From Anthoceros angustus (lineage: Eukaryota; Plantae; Anthocerotophyta): 64,000 nucleotides of DNA. Made by a program: the position numbers and the translations under genes. Positions 62,401-64,000 of the stretch are shown piece after piece (the stretch's first letter is position 1; every line of letters starts with the position of its first letter). The stretch lies in assembly GCA_010909165.1 (NCBI GenBank), contig MU008212.1:124001-188000 (forward strand), given 5' to 3'. Under the pieces are notes generated by a model, which did no database searches, was not told where the DNA came from, and saw only the letters and a program-made list of their open reading frames with translations.

Positions 62401-62460
62401 GGCCTAGGGGCGGAGGACAGCAGCAACCCCACCCCGAGCCCACGGGAGGCGAGGCGGAGG
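50200..62460 (+). repeat. Array of shuffled near-identical blocks: X 50200-51150~52620-53520; Y 51140-52620~54420-55870~56120-57605; Z 53790-54420~58770-59390~59955-60530~61215-61800; W 53520-53760~59375-59640~60530-60790~61795-62055
   Basis: Long segments recur with many 1-3 bp indels, and the same peptides (e.g. GKFGYRLKVDYFDTY, HWNMLTKVD) recur in the ORF track. Block boundaries are approximate. Confidence 0.88.
53520..54420 (+). mobile_element. Best-preserved copy of a repeated ORF of probable transposon origin (retrotransposon accessory-protein-like)
   Basis: Block Z (MAPSTIT...WTFDNIAFVREY...SSNGWLMSDLLDRPGEAVAK) joins block W (VIVHWNMLTKVD...NWRRIIFARINQE...SALSPFIVHVWGHLNLL) in other copies. 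The sequence is multi-copy and intronless. The family assignment is inference. Confidence 0.45.
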
Positions 62461-62569
62461 CCGAGGCGGAGGCGGGCGGAGCGGACCCGGGAGGCGGGAG
62501 GCGAGGCGGGAGGCGGCCTCAAGAGGAGGCGAGGCGGAGGAGGCCGGGCGAGGCGACCGGACCCGGGCG

Positions 62570-63495
62570 GGCGGCGAGACCGGACCGAGGCCGGGCCAGG
62601 AGGCGACCGGACCCGAGGCCGACGCAGAGGCGAGACCGGACCCGAGGCCGGACTCGGGCGAGACCGGACCCGAGGCCGGACGCAGAGGCGAGACCGGACC
62701 CGAGGCCGGACTCGGGCGAGGCGGACCCGAGGCCGGACGCAGAGGCGAGACCCGAGGCCGACGCCAGAGGCGAGACCGGACCGAGGCCGACGCAGAGGCG
62801 AGACCGGACCCGAGGCCGGACGCGAGGCGAGACCGGACCCGAGGCCGGACGCAGAGGCGAGACCGGACCCGAGGCCGACGCAGAGGCGAGACCGGACCGA
62901 GGCCGACGCAGAGGCGAGACCGGACCCGAGGCCGGACGCCAGAGGCGAGACCGGACCCGAGGCCGACGCAGAGGCGAGACCGGACCCGAGGCCGACGCAG
63001 AGGCGAGACCCGAGGCCGACGCAGAGGCGAGAGCCGGACCCGAGGCCGACGCCAGAGGCGAGACCGGACCGAGGCCGGACGCAGAGGCGAGACCGGACCC
63101 GAGGCCGGACGCAGAGGCGAGACCCGAGGCCGGACGCAGAGGCGAGACCGGACCCGAGGCCCGGGCAGAGGCGAGACCGGACCCGAGGCCCGGACGCAGA
63201 GGCGAGACCGGACCCGAGGCCGAGGCGAGGCAGGCCGGACCCGAGGCCGAGGCGAGAGGAGGCGAGACCCGAGGCCGACGCCAGAGGCGAGACCGAGCCG
63301 GACCGAGGCCGGGCGAGGCGGACCACGAGGCCCGGGCAGGAGGCGAGCCGGACCGAGGCCGGACTCGGGCGAGCCGGACCCCGAGCCGAGGCGAGCCGGA
63401 CCCGAGGCCGAGGCGAGGCGAGACCCGAGGCGAGGCAGGCGAGGCGAGCCGGACCGAGGCCGAGGCGAGGCAGGCGAGCCGACCCGAGGCCGGAC
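62570..63495. repeat. GC-rich minisatellite, ~30-bp unit GAGGCGAGACCGGACCCGAGGCCGGACGCA, flanked by ~350-bp direct repeats (62085-62440 and 63495-63855)
   Basis: Directly visible. The array is almost devoid of T on the + strand. Confidence 0.88.
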
Positions 63496-64000
63496 GCAGG
63501 CGGACCCGGGAGGACGGGCGGGGAGCGTACTCCGGACTCCATACGGCTGGGCGGACCCCCTCGCCCAGTATGGGAAGAAATTCGCTTCCCTCCTCTCGAT
63601 CCTCATGAACACCGGGAGGCGGCCACGGCAGGGAGAGGCTAGTGGCCTGTGTGCAGCAGATCGGCAACCTCGAGGGCCCGGCTAAGGCCCCGGGACTAGG
63701 AGGAGGCGAAGAAGAGGAAGATGGCTCCCCCTGCGGCTCCCAAGGCGCTCCGGTCCCTCTTCCTTTGCCAGCGGAGTGGCGGAGGCCGAGAAGCGAGAAG
63801 CGAGCGAGATGCGGCCTAGGGGCGGGAGGACAGCAGCAACCCCACCCCGAGCCCATCCTATCGCCCAGGAGAGGCGAGGCTCCGGACTCCTTCATCCCGG
63901 ACCCCAAGCAGGCGGGCGGAGAAGGAGCTAGCCAGCCAGGCCAGGAGGTGAGGCTCGGGACCAAAATAGTCGGGACCTAAGGGTCCCGATTGGGTTCGAG

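Noticed and set aside
61938-63964. Long ORFs of 400-556 aa as protein-coding genes
   Set aside because: They are explained by a stop-codon-free minisatellite that is open in multiple frames.

Overview
Nuclear DNA from a land plant with a compact genome and short introns. A PPR 'PGQSWW' motif suggests a seed-free plant, possibly a hornwort (inference). Bases 1-6000 are GC-rich, microsatellite-laden and non-coding. Bases 6-47 kb are gene-dense: an ACT-domain-repeat (ACR) gene, a stand-alone dual-guide C/D-box snoRNA with its own TATA promoter, an intronless fold-type-I Orn/Lys/Arg decarboxylase head-to-head with PPD3, a DUF4079 membrane protein, BCKDH E1-beta, a LINE relic, a PLS-E PPR gene with an inverted pseudogene neighbour, an F-box gene, a short ABCC transporter apparently disabled by a tiny poly(A)+TSD insertion, two AT-rich single-DUF26 (Gnk2-like) secreted proteins, a GDAP2-like macro/CRAL-TRIO gene and a class-3 lipase. 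From about 48.2 kb the window is repetitive: a CRE-like non-LTR retrotransposon followed by shuffled, indel-rich repeat blocks and a GC-rich minisatellite, possibly partly an assembly artefact. Exon coordinates were read by eye and may be off by a few bases. No database searches were run.
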